A stretch of DNA of 64,000 nt, taken from assembly GCA_951804945.1 (NCBI GenBank), contig OX638150.1, positions 102,858,001 through 102,922,000 of the forward strand, in the 5' to 3' direction. A program made the translations under genes and the position numbers. The notes under the pieces were generated by a model. It was not told where the DNA came from, made no database searches, and saw nothing but the letters and a program-made list of their open reading frames with translations. How positions within the stretch are numbered: position 1 is the stretch's first letter; every line of letters begins with the position of its first letter. This document shows positions 51,361 to 63,242 of the stretch, piece after piece. Source of the stretch: Podarcis cretensis (lineage: Eukaryota).

Positions 51361-51724
51361 GATGCACATTCTTTTAAATTTGTTGTCTCACCCACTTTTG
51401 CTTTTGGCCCCACCCACAACTGACATGCTGCCTCTGGAAGGTTGCCCAGACTGGAATATTGTGCTTGAGTTAAAGAATGTTCCCCACTCCTGTTACAGGT
51501 AAATTTTTGGGATTTTATTACCTTTTTTTATCACTTTTTTTTCCTTTTTTTTTCTTTTTATCACTTCGGAATTGTATTGCCTTAAAAAAAACAAAGTTTT
51601 TGCTTTGTCATTTATTTATGTTGTATTGCTTACTGGTTGGTTTTCAATTGTACTTGTATACTGTGTGAATTAACTTTAGCCAGACTTTCTGAATTTGTGG
51701 GTTGAAGAGTGGTTAAGAAATATT

Positions 51725-52125
51725 CTGGTCCCAACCAAAGAAGAATGGCAACTTAAACTGATGGAATATGTACAGTTTGCAGATGTAACATAAGAGAACA
51801 AGAAAATAAGAGAACAAGAAAAACACATGTTTAAAGAAGATTGGAAAATGTTTATTGAATATATGGGTGAAAACTGTGTACATTTGAAAACGCTGGCAGC
51901 ATTAAGATAAATTCAACAGGGTAAGTAAGTTTTGATGAATGTAATACTGGAATATTGAATGGTTTGGATTATGTAAAATATGCATGTAAAATATGCAGGG
52001 ATGTTTGGTATGCAAATTGAACCACAGAAGGAGAAGAAGGGAAGTCATTGATTTAAGATTGTTTAAAAGACTATTTGAAAATGTAAATTAGAAAATTAAT
52101 AAAAATTATTATAAAAAAGAAAAAT
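51725..52125 (+). mobile_element. 5'-truncated L1/Tx1-like LINE 3' end
   Basis: Translates as VPTKEEWQLKLMEY...EDWKMFIEY (ORF2 C-terminus), then AATAAA and an A-rich tail. Confidence 0.8.
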
Positions 52126-54876
52126 GTTTTAAATAGTCAAAATTAAGACCAGTGAAAGGGCATAAAGATAAACAGTTCCATGAAAGTAGCAAAGGTGGGA
52201 AGGGGAAAAAAACTCCATTTCAAGTCTGTTTGAATGGTATTCCTAGGAATTGGCTGAATATGGCATGGATGGACAGAGAATTATATTTTCTCTACCCTTC
52301 ATTGAGATTTCCAGATGGCTGTTGGTGCTCATGCTTCAATATGGCCAAAATCTGCTGTTTTGGTTTCCACATCTGTTCTCATTACAGACAACCCTTAGAC
52401 AGCTTAGTAGTTAAAATATCAGGCTAGCTGTCTCTTGACGCTCTCAGTCTAAACCTTCCTCTGGAAATAGCTTCTCATGTTCAGCACCAGAGACAGTTCC
52501 CTTTCGTAACTCTCCCCCCTCCCACCCTAGTACAAATATACAAACATTCCCATCTGTTAAAGTTCACTGCTGTGCTGAGTTATTCAGTTGAAAACACGGA
52601 AAAGAAGACCAAGAAATGAGAGGCTAATTAGGTAATTAGATAGGTTATATTTTACTGAGGTATTCTACTTCAGTGAAATGCTTTGGCCAGCATTATGAAA
52701 ATGTCAAGAGCAGTTCAACCAGTTACAACCACTGGAAAGTGTTAAGTAGCAGAGTATGATATACCAGATTTTTTATATAATTAATGAAAGCAGCTATTTT
52801 TATTGATGAAAACTGCAACCCTGGACTCGGCTACATTCGTAAAGATAAAGTGCTTTATATGTGTTATAACAATGTGAAACCAGATGGCGCTGTGGAGTCC
52901 TGTCTTTTGCCAACGGGATTTCCCTGTATGAAGTTTATAATACGTTTAACTGAATCGCTTCTTTAATATGCCAAGATCCAGCCCCTATGTTCACTTACTG
53001 GACGGTAAATTCCACTGAAGTCCACTGAAGAATTTGATGCGGAACAGACATGAATAGAATTCTGCTGCTGATCATATCCTTTGGAAACGCAGATGTATTA
53101 ATCAGCATATGAACAACGTAAAGTGAATAGCACATCTAGAAACACCCCAATTCAAATGTCCACTCAGCCATGAACTCACCGGACCAGTTGCTCTATTTCT
53201 AATATGGGATCAATCACTCTTTCTCAGCCTAACCTACCTCATAAGGCTGTTTCATAAAAGCTGGAGAACGACGTGTGCCAACCTGAGCTCCTTGAGAGCA
53301 TGGATGGGATAAAAATGTGTTCATTGCACTGTAACGCACCAATGAATTAATTTATATCAGTGACTGATGGCTTGATTTGATTGACACTTCACTAATAATC
53401 CCAGGATGGGTTACATATACATAAAAACAAATTTAACACTGTATCAGAAAAAAATCACTAACATATTAAATGTAAGCAGCATTTGTTTCCTTCAGGATCC
53501 TAGTATAAGGAACCTTTAATAAAAAAAAAGACCCAATCCTGTGGCCGTGTTTTAAAAATATGCTTAGTTAGGCTGCTTAAATCCAAATGAAGATATATAT
53601 ATGTAGAAGAATTTGTAAGTCAGGATGGCACTTGTTTCCTGAGCCTTTAACAGCCACCTGAAAGACAGAAATTCAGCAGGTGTAACCTTTCTAAGCATGA
53701 AGATAAATGCTGGGAAAATTTTCATTAGTTTAATTTCTGCCTGAGATCCAGCTGTAAAAAAAGCACCGAGTCAGGAAAGCTGGCAAGGGAGGGGTGGAAA
53801 GAGATTTTCTAAGTTTCAGAACCTTGCAGTTTGTTATGACTCATTCCACCAAAATAATCGATGTTTAGTAGCTCTGCATGTTTTATTATCTGCCTCCACA
53901 GTCATATTTTGTCTAACAAGGCATCACGGAATTGAACTGATCATAACATTATTTTGAATTTAATAGGATACAAGTAGACTCCGTAGTATTTTATTCCACG
54001 GGCTTCAATGCGCAACCTCAATGAGATTGAATCTTCAATCCTATGTATACTAACCTCGGAGGGAGGTCCCATTGAACGCAGCAGGACTTACACCTGAGCC
54101 CAACTTTGCATGAGTGAACCTGTATTGAATTGTGCTGAACATCTATTGGATTGTTCCATAAGTGGCCAGTTTGATTTCCATAAATCATAAAAAAACCTTA
54201 ACAGTAGGTTAGGAAAATGGATGTACTCAACATTCAGCAGGAAGCATTTAACATCTAGATTGTGCTTTGATCTTACATGCCAGTGAGCACAGGAATACAC
54301 AGCCACAGGACCATTGCTTTCATTAAATTAATTGGTCATGAAGCAGTGTTTCTTTTTCTTATGCACCAATGGCAGTTTTCCAGCTGCTTTCTCAAGCACT
54401 GGAACAAGCAAGTTAACCAGGTATTGCTGTGTCACCAGGCACAGGTAAGTGGCTCTGCCTGGTTTAAGTTTCAGTACAGTATAGCTAACAAAGATAATTT
54501 GTCATTTTATCTTAAGGCTGCCATACCAGCAGAATTGTGGATTCACCAAGTGGAAAATGGCTTCTACAGTAGATGATGGCTGCAAATGGATGAATAGTGA
54601 GTTTTCTGCTGCCTTCCCCCAGGTTTCTCAAAAATATCATAATATTGTTATGAATATCGGGGATATGAAGCTACAATCAAAAAAAAAAAAAAAAACCATG
54701 TCAGGGAACAGGGCTAACTTATAACAGTTTTGTTTTGTTTTTTTCATTTGCATGTTCAGTTTGTATGTGTAGGGACTATTTTATTTGGGATGGCGCTCAC
54801 CTATTTGCTATCCCAGAATCCACAGTCATCCAACAAAGCTGAAGGGTGGGAGATTCAGGACAGGCAGAAAGATGTA

Positions 54877-55123
54877 CAGTGGTACCTCGGGTTAAGAACT
54901 TAATTCGTTCCGGAGGTCTGTTCTGTTCTTCACCTGAAACTGTTCTTAACCCAAGGTACTACTTTAGCTAATGGGGCCTCTCGCTGCTGCCACGCCACCA
55001 CCGTGTGATTTCTGTTCTCATCCTGAAGCAAAGTTCTTAATCCAAGGTACTATTTCTGGGTTAGCGGAGTCTGTAACCTGAAGCGTCTGTAACATGAAGC
55101 GTCTGTAAGCCGAGGCACCACTG
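54877..55123 (-). mobile_element. Tc1/pogo-type MITE, copy 5, inserted in a CR1-like remnant
   Basis: TA duplication splits agattcaggacaggcagaaagatgTA|cttcttcacacag. Confidence 0.93.
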
Positions 55124-58100
55124 TACTTCTTCACACAGGGAAGTTGCTGCCACAACATGATGTGATGACCGTCAGTTCAGATGAACTTTAAAAGAGAATC
55201 AACACATCCATGGAAGAAAAGACTACAAACAAGGTGCCAACTTGAATAAAACATTGGAGAGGGGAAGGTAAGTCCCGCCCTGCACAACTGATCACATGAC
55301 GCAGTGCACACCCATCATTCGAATGAGAATGCCCATCAACTTTGTTGGGGCCTGGCCACCTCAAATATTTTATAGCCCCTATGAATTGGTTCCTTTGGCT
55401 ACAAATAATGTCTGTTTACTCCTTCCAAGAGAAGAGGCACTATACTTCTGTAAACCAGTCACTGAGGAGCAATGATGGGAGGGGCCTATGGGAGTGTTTC
55501 CTATCTGTCTGGCCACTGTGTCTGGTACCTCGCTTCATTTAAAGATTTTCAGACTTTGAGTCTAAAGATTTCATTTTGTACTTGTTATAATTTGAAGGAA
55601 TTCTATAAAGATCTATTGCGTATGTACATACATGGTCATCGTGTTGCCTAGATATTGCTGATGGCCACTGTGGGGGACAGGATGTTGGACTTAATAGGCC
55701 TTTGGTCTGATCCAGAAGGCTCTTCCTAGGTACATAGATGCCATATACTCTATGGTATATTACAGCAACAGATGCATGACAGTACTTCACCACAAATCAG
55801 GTGATTGCTTGTGTGTCGTTCAGCAGAGTGATTCAAAAGTGGTGGCAACACGCATCTAAAAATATGCATAAAGATATGCAAGAAACTAGCATCTGCTCCA
55901 GGTTGAGGTTATCCAAGGACTTAATTACAGATGAAGGGATCCATTTTAAGAGTGTAGTTGGAAAATGGGGGTGGCGGCAGTAAAAGATAAAGGATAATGC
56001 AGCGGCGTCACGGAGAATGACGGCAGTGAAAAGCCTTGCTACAATTTTGGCATGAAGGACCATTCTTTCTAATGGTCATGCTGTTTAAGAATCCAAAACA
56101 TATATCTTTTTTTTTTTAATGCCAGAAGAATTAGCAACAAACTGTGCACCAGGAACAACAAAAATATGTGACATAATGTTGAACACTGGAGAATTTCTTG
56201 CTGCAAAACAGCTTAGAATCCCCCCAGAAGCAACTCCCTTAAGACACGTTTCAGCAATCAAGTGTTTTGACTGTAGCTCTTATCAGTGTTTCCAAAATGG
56301 AATTGCATAATTAAATTATTTAAAATTGGCACTGTAATCAGGGGCATGCATTTAATGAATATTCAAGCTCACGGATCATTTGATTAGGAATGAGAAAGGA
56401 GGAGCACTTGCCTAGCTGCTCCCCCCTCCTCTTATCATCTAAAGAGCCATCCAGAAGATGGAGCCCCAGTTCTGTCGCTAACAAAAAGTAACAGTCAAAA
56501 TAATTGAATCTGTGCTTCTCCAAATATCAGGAAATGAAAATACTTGCAGAAATATAAAGTGAAATCTATATTCCAAGGCAGCGGGAATGATGATTGGAGG
56601 CACTAACATTTTCCAGCATGGAAAGTCTGGTTTGGGGCAATGTATCGTTAGCATCTCGGCTCCATGTCACTCAAGGCAGGCCAGCCATCGCAAGAGGAAC
56701 GGCTCTGGTTGTTATAATTCTGTGCCATATTCACAGACGAAACACACGGCACTTGTGAAACTGATAATCTTGAAAATCACCGATCCATTCAAATTTTGAA
56801 AATAAAATGAGCATGGGGTTGGGGGAGGCTTTGGGGAAGTTGTGGTCCTTAATAGGCTACATAGCTCTTTGCACTTTAAGGGAAAACATTTTTAAAAGAT
56901 CTCTTTCCCCAAATGAAATATTGTAGCACCAGACCATAACAGCAGATAGGAATCTTTGCTAACAGGGTTCGCTTTGTTAACTCGATTGCCATTCTTCAAC
57001 CATTTTTACAAAACCTGTAGGACATCATTTGGACGACTTATGCATACATGAAACAAGCACGAGAGAACCCTTTTTGTTTGTGCGGCGATTTCGGCTGGAA
57101 AGGGGGGCTTTTAAATAATTTTGATCTGCAATTCTTCCTTGTCTGAGGTCTCTTCTATGTAGTTCAAGCAATTTGTCATCCGATTAGCCTGATGAAGCAT
57201 AGCGAAGTTATTTGAACTGTAAATTTTCCGCAGGCAAAATAAAATGCAAAGAGGAAGAGCTTCCTGTGCCTGCCAAAGCAATGATCCTTGGAATACAAAT
57301 AAGAGAAAACCATGCTGACAGCAAAAGCTATTTTTAAATTCTGTCACTGGCTCGCAGGCATCATGCCTTCAACCGGACTGCATCTGTATTCTCCAGCCCC
57401 AATAAGAGTGAAGCTCTTGTCTTAAAGAACAGCTCTTGAATCACAGCGAAGGAAGACGCTTATGTGGATATGAGTGGTGATTGCTGGTTCACACTCAAGT
57501 GGAATGTTTACTGTTCGGGTCAATCTTGATGGAGAAGCAGGAACAGGAAGAATTCCCAGCCCATTTGCAAGATATTGGAGCACGCTATGGGGGAGAAGTA
57601 AGGGGCTACCCCTGCCGGTGACATTAAACGATCTTAATGCCTTGTAGGAAGAACTAGTGGGAAGTCCTCACTTGCTCGAGCAAATCTGTGTAATTTACAT
57701 CATGACACACTCCAGAAGTCCTCAGGGGTGGAACAAAATCCCCAGAGAATCGAAGTCAGGACTTCTCCATTAGGGTTTATTTCAATAGCTCGGAGTCACA
57801 TTGAAGATGGGAGCGTTTTGCCTAGTCTTCCATATCTTCAGCATTTGCAGTCTATCCGCTCAGCTGGTTCCATGGCAACGTGCGGCCAAACAACAGGGAC
57901 ATGCCTCTTGGTCCTCTTTCCTCTAAATGGCTTCAGCTCCATAGAATTCGTGGCTTTGTCCTCAAGGGAACTTGCCCAGGAATCAAGAAGCCTGAGCTTA
58001 CGTTTTTCACATAGGCAACAACTTGTCTCTCGGTGGTGTGTCCATCTCTTTTATCCCATCAATTTAATCTGGCAGGCTAAGAAACACAGAATCTTACAGC

Positions 58101-58507
58101 GAACGCTGCAATGAGTACCTCTCAAACCAGGCCTGGAGGTGGCAAGTCTCTGTCAGGGACAGATCTATTAGCAAAGCACAGAACAAACTTTTATAAAAGA
58201 AAGAAAGAAAAAATAGATATGAGATTCAACCAATACTTCTGGAAATAAATCACAGTCTCAAAAATACATTTAGGGCTGAAATTGATTTAGAGCACACGTG
58301 TGTATCGGTAATATTTAAGCATGGAGAAGACATACACTGTGTGGAGTACTCCATACAGTCCTAAAATTAACTTTATCAATTGTCCAAGTTTAACTGGAAA
58401 TTTGTTGGCATACGTCTCAAGAAACAATGCAGTAAGCCTCTGGGGGTGAAGTAAAACCATTGGAGAATCAAAGCACCCACTGGGGTATAGAGACAGGTAA
58501 CTCCTTT

Positions 58508-60560
58508 AAATATATATATATATATTTATTACTTTTCCAACAATTTAAACACTACAAAAAACAAGAACAATACAATACAATACACAAACACTACATAACA
58601 CTAACACATTAAACTAACAACACAAAACAAAAACAATTTAAAGCACATCAAATAATTTCAATATCTTATTTCCACGACCTCCTCACACCTCCCTTTTTGT
58701 ATTCCACTTCTGTTAATTGTTTCAGCAATTCCTTTCCATCTTCCTCTGTTTTCTATCCTGTAATTATCTTAGCACATTCTAACCTTATTTTCCCTTTAAT
58801 ACTCTATTAATCTGTTTATATTTAATTCCTTATAATATTTCTACTAAAGCCGTGTAACTTCATTCCAACATTTTTCTAACATTCATTAAATTTACAGTAT
58901 TTCCATAAATAATCTTTAAATTTTTTCCAGCCTTCTTCCGCCGACTCTTCTCCCTGGCCTCGGATTCTGCCAGTCATTTCCGCCAGTTCCGTATAGTCCA
59001 TATAGTCCATCAACTTCATCCTGGTGATCTTCTATCCGATGCTCTTGGCTCTTTTCCAAGTCCCTTCTGCAGATCTTCATATTTATACAAAAACTTTACT
59101 TTATCTTCTACTGATCTTATTTTTATTTTCCTTCCTTTGAAACTGAAGGATAGACCTTGGGGAAACTCCCACCTAAAGATGATTTTGTTCCTTCTCAGCA
59201 GGGCAACAATATCTCCATAGTTAGGCCTAAAATCTAAAAGATATTTCGGGACGTCTTTAAAAATGTCCACTCTTGACTGTTGTACTTCTAGGTTCTTCTG
59301 GTAATGCCAACCCAAGATTCTATCTCTCTCTTCTTTAATTCGAAGGGTGATCGAGCAGTCTCTTAATCTATTCTTCTCTTTTTTCCCTCCTCTTCGAAGT
59401 CTGAAGGCCCTCACAGTTCTAAACTCTTCTTGGCCCAAGTCCAAGTCCCAAAAGTCAGCAGATTCCTGTATGAGAAAATCTGTCAAGCTTTCCTTCTCCA
59501 ATTCAGGTAGGGCTCTGATCCTCAAATTCGTCTGTTTTTCTTTAAGTTCAATCATAACAGGCGTCAACTTATGTTCATCAAGTTGCCTCTCTAGGGCTGG
59601 GACTCTCTCTCTCTCAAGTTGTGTTACTTTACATTCAGCAGCAACGGCTTCCTCCCTGGCTTCCTCCGCAGTCTGCCATATCAAAGTAGATTCCTGTATC
59701 AATTTCTGGATAGTTTCTGTATTAGTATTCACCTTTTGTCCCAAATTATTTATACTTTCTGTATTTAAGTCAATTTTAGTAGTTGCAGCATCCACTTTCA
59801 CATTTATCGCGTCTGTTTTCTTGTTAAGTTGTTCCAGTGAATCATTTATCTTAATTAATGCAGCCGCTAAGGCTTCTTCTGTTGACATTCCTCTTGATTT
59901 TGAGTGTACTGATGCAAAAGCAGCAGCGGAAGAGGCAGAGGGGCCTGATGTTGAGCCTCTCCTGGATTGCTGCCAAGTCCTCCCAGACCTTAATGTTTTT
60001 TCAGCAATTGACTGGTCTGTTTTTTTCCTTTCCATTTGCCAAAACACTTAAAAAATTCAAGGTCAGTCCCAGAGTCTCACAGTTCTTTATCTTGCAGCTG
60101 GAAATTCCCCTAGCCCAGCTCTTGTAAAGCAACCAGTTTCAAAGGCTTCCACTAGGGGCAAACAGTTTCTATTTATATTAATCCGTAATGTCCTCTTTTA
60201 AACACAGTTTCCAACAATCCAAAGTTAGTTTCAATTTTCAGTTACTTTTACTCCTTTTTAAAAGCAGCCGGAGACAATAGAAACAATGTATTTCTCTTGT
60301 TTAGCTAGCTGTCAATGAACGTTCTAAACACTGTCAATAAGCATTCCAAGAGACGTCAGTCCTGCTAGCAGCCCGTTTCCAGAGTCAGAGCGGCAGTATT
60401 TTAGCTCTCTTCGCTCTCTCCTGCAGGCATACTCAATCCACAACTTTCCCCCCTCTTCTCCTGCCTCCAAGGGGGGGGGGTTAATGTTCTTTACCAGTGG
60501 AAATTTAGTCCTTTACAGTAGGCTTTCCGAGACTTCACCTCAGGGTTTACTCCCGAAGCC
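58508..60560 (-). mobile_element. L1 element with intact ORF1 and almost all of ORF2 deleted (HAL1-like); 5' boundary uncertain
   Basis: 5'UTR-like region, ORF1, 47-codon ORF2 C-terminal remnant (58876-59019), 3'UTR, AATAAA (58525-58530) and (TA)n tail. Confidence 0.85.
59016..60035 (-). CDS. L1 ORF1p (coiled coil + RRM + CTD; Transposase_22-like)
   Basis: 339 aa open from the first ATG. Long heptad region, NLRIRALPE (RRM start), RAFRL, IFKD and FRWEFP motifs typical of vertebrate L1 ORF1p. Confidence 0.88.
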   Translation of the reverse strand: MERKKTDQSIAEKTLRSGRTWQQSRRGSTSGPSASSAAAFASVHSKSRGMSTEEALAAALIKINDSLEQLNKKTDAINVKVDAATTKIDLNTESINNLGQKVNTNTETIQKLIQESTLIWQTAEEAREEAVAAECKVTQLERERVPALERQLDEHKLTPVMIELKEKQTNLRIRALPELEKESLTDFLIQESADFWDLDLGQEEFRTVRAFRLRRGGKKEKNRLRDCSITLRIKEERDRILGWHYQKNLEVQQSRVDIFKDVPKYLLDFRPNYGDIVALLRRNKIIFRWEFPQGLSFSFKGRKIKIRSVEDKVKFLYKYEDLQKGLGKEPRASDRRSPG

Positions 60561-60903
60561 TTTCTCACGAATAAGTATAGGCAAAACAGAGCTCAGTGAG
60601 GAGCCACCTATAGAACAATAAGCAAATGGGTGATCTCTGCTTATTGTACACTGATGAAATCCTAATTCCCCATGCTTCTGAGTTTCTGCAGGGCCATTCC
60701 CTCGCTTCAGCCATGTTTTGAAAACTATATTGTTTAGACATGCCTTTGAAATGAAATGAAATGAAATAAATAAATCTCATTCTAACCAATCAGTATTTAC
60801 TGATGCTTTATTGATTTTTCTAATGGCGTTCTTATGGATCAGCTTTCTGCTGACTTAATTTTTATATGCTGTGTCCTGCAGGTTATGACTATGTCAATAA
60901 ATA

Positions 60904-61136
60904 CTGTCTTTTTTGCTCTATAAGACTCACTTTTTCCCTCCTAAAAAGTAAGGGGAAATGTGTGTGCGTCTTATGGAGTGAATGCAGGCTGTGCAGCTAT
61001 CCCAGAAGCCAGAACAGCAAGAGGGATTGCTGCTTTCACTGTGCAGCGATCCCTCTTGCTGTTCTGGCTTCTGAGATTCAGAATATTTTTATTTGTGTCA
61101 TGTGGTCTGGTGTGTCTTATAAAGCGAAAAATACGG
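60904..61136. mobile_element. Second Tc1/pogo-type MITE family with internal hairpin
   Basis: TA|ctgtcttttttgctctataagac ... gtcttataaagcgaaaaatacgg|TA imperfect TIRs. Confidence 0.8.
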
Positions 61137-61339
61137 TAAATGTGCCTTCATGTCAAGAGTTCCTTTCTGCACTTATGTTTCCATGAATACACATGTGTGC
61201 TATTCTATCACGCAAAAGGTGAGGAAAGATGGAAGAGACGCAAACTGAAAACTACGGCAAACTGCATGCACAGTGAAGCAAGATACAGTTAACACAGATA
61301 AAAGCCCATGGCACTATTTTAATGTTTATTAGGCTTCAC

Positions 61340-61810
61340 ACACCCAGATTTTGGGCCGCAAATTTCATCTATGCACTGGTAACTTCCAGATTGGATTACA
61401 GCAATGCACACTCTACATGGGACTGCAGCTTAACTGCTCATTGGAGCTTGGCTGCTCACTGTGACAGAATATCATCATCTTCATTATTATACCACTGTTG
61501 AAAGAACTGCACTAGCTGCCAATTAGTTGCCGGGCTAAGTTCAAGGTTCCTGTATACAAAGCCCTGTAAAGCTTGAGACCGGTTTACCTAAATGATACTC
61601 TCATCCCTTATACAGCAGATCGCTGTTCTGCAGAAGACGGCAACCAACAGATACCATCTTATCAGAAAGTCTGCTCTGCGTTGTTGGAGCTGGCTCTTTA
61701 GGGTAGCTGGCCAATACCTACCCCTTGAAACGCCCTCCCATTACATATCAGAGAAGTGCCATTAAAAAGGGGGGTTCCTGTTGAAGACTCCTCTTTCAAC
61801 AGGCTTTCTT
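61340..61810 (+). mobile_element. Decayed L2 LINE 3' fragment
   Basis: IYALVTSRLDYSNA and PLLKELH*LPI..R.KFKV translations. Confidence 0.8.
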
Positions 61811-62316
61811 GGTGGGGATATTTTTTTTAAAACCCAGTTGGTAGATGAATTAATTGTATTTTTAAAAAAATATTTGCAATTGTTTTTATATGTGCATTTG
61901 TTTTAATTATTTTCTTTTGCATGCAGTGATTTTGTGCAGGTTTTTATTGCACTGTGAAATCATTTCAAGATGCTTCATAGGAAACTACTCATAACTGAAA
62001 TTGTTGTTGTTGTTGTTGTAAATGAAAAAAGTTATGGGCTTTTCCTTTGCTTAAAAAACCCCAAACTTTAAAGGGGCTCTACACAACCATCCTTGGAGGG
62101 ACCTGTCTGTATTTGGGCAGACGGAATCCACTCCTGTGCCTATAGATTTCATCCACTTTGACCCAAAGTGGAAAAGTTATAGTAAATTTAAGATTCCTCA
62201 GTATGGTGGTGAATAGGGAACACACAGATTAATTTTCTACGGAGCAACTCATTTTGGATCGAAGAGGAAAGAAAGCATGGAGCAACTCAGAAACAGATGG
62301 GAACTTTTAAAAATTA

Positions 62317-62558
62317 CAGTGGTACCTCGGGTTACATATGCTTCAGGTTACATATACTTCAGGTTACAGACTCCGCTAACCCAGAAATAGTACCTCGGGT
62401 TAAGAACTTTGCTTCAGGATGAGAACAGAAATCGTGCTCTGGCGGTGCAGCAGCAACAGGAAGCCCCATTAGCTAAAGTGGTGTTTCAGATTAAGAACAG
62501 TTTCACGTTAAGAACGGACCTCTGGAACGAATTAAGTACTTAACCCAAGGTACCACTG
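62317..62558 (+). mobile_element. Tc1/pogo-type MITE, copy 6
   Basis: TA-flanked TIRs; 242 bp. Confidence 0.93.
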
Positions 62559-63049
62559 TACACAGAAAAAAGGTGAAGCTTGGGGGCAATGTACTCCATA
62601 ATATTTACTTTAATATTTGTGCCCTGCTGCCATTTCCTAAAGTTAGCTAGCATAACTATTAAAACAATAAGGGCTGTAGACAAGGGTCGTAGTCCCACTC
62701 AGAGCAGACCCACTGAAACTATTCAACGTGTCTATGTTAAGTCTGTTGATTTCAGTGGATTTACTCTGAGTAAAACTGAATTGGCTACAACCCCTGAATG
62801 ATTATTATTTTACAAGCCCCTGGAATCCCTCGATTCTCTCACCGCTTAGAGCTTGGGATGGCATACAACAATATGTTGATATTTCAGGCAACGTACAACA
62901 TATGGGAAAACAAGAACAACACACCAGCCCCCTAAACAGTAATAAAGAAACCCATTACACAAACAGTAAACAAAGCAATAACTAACTTGCAGAGAAACAG
63001 AAACTCAACCCGTCCTCCTTAGCCCCCAAATCATTCACATTTCTCCTCC

Positions 63050-63242
63050 TTAACCACGCCAGAACATTGGTCAGAACATTGGTCCACTCCATTTAATACT
63101 GTCTGTACCGACTGGCAGCAGCTCTCTGGGGTTTCAGGCAGTAATTTCTCCCAGTCCTTCCTGGAGATGCCACTAGGAATTGAACCTCGAACCTTCTGCA
63201 TGCAAGGCTGATGCTCTAGCCATTGAGCTATGGTCCTTCCCC
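63050..63242 (-). mobile_element. Squam2-like SINE
   Basis: Reverse complement ggggaaggaccatagctcaatggctagagc...aggttcaattcctag. Confidence 0.8.

Noticed and set aside
59347-60051. 234-aa plus-strand ORF
   Set aside because: Antisense shadow of L1 ORF1, starting at a non-ATG codon, Ser/Leu/Phe-rich, with no independent signals.
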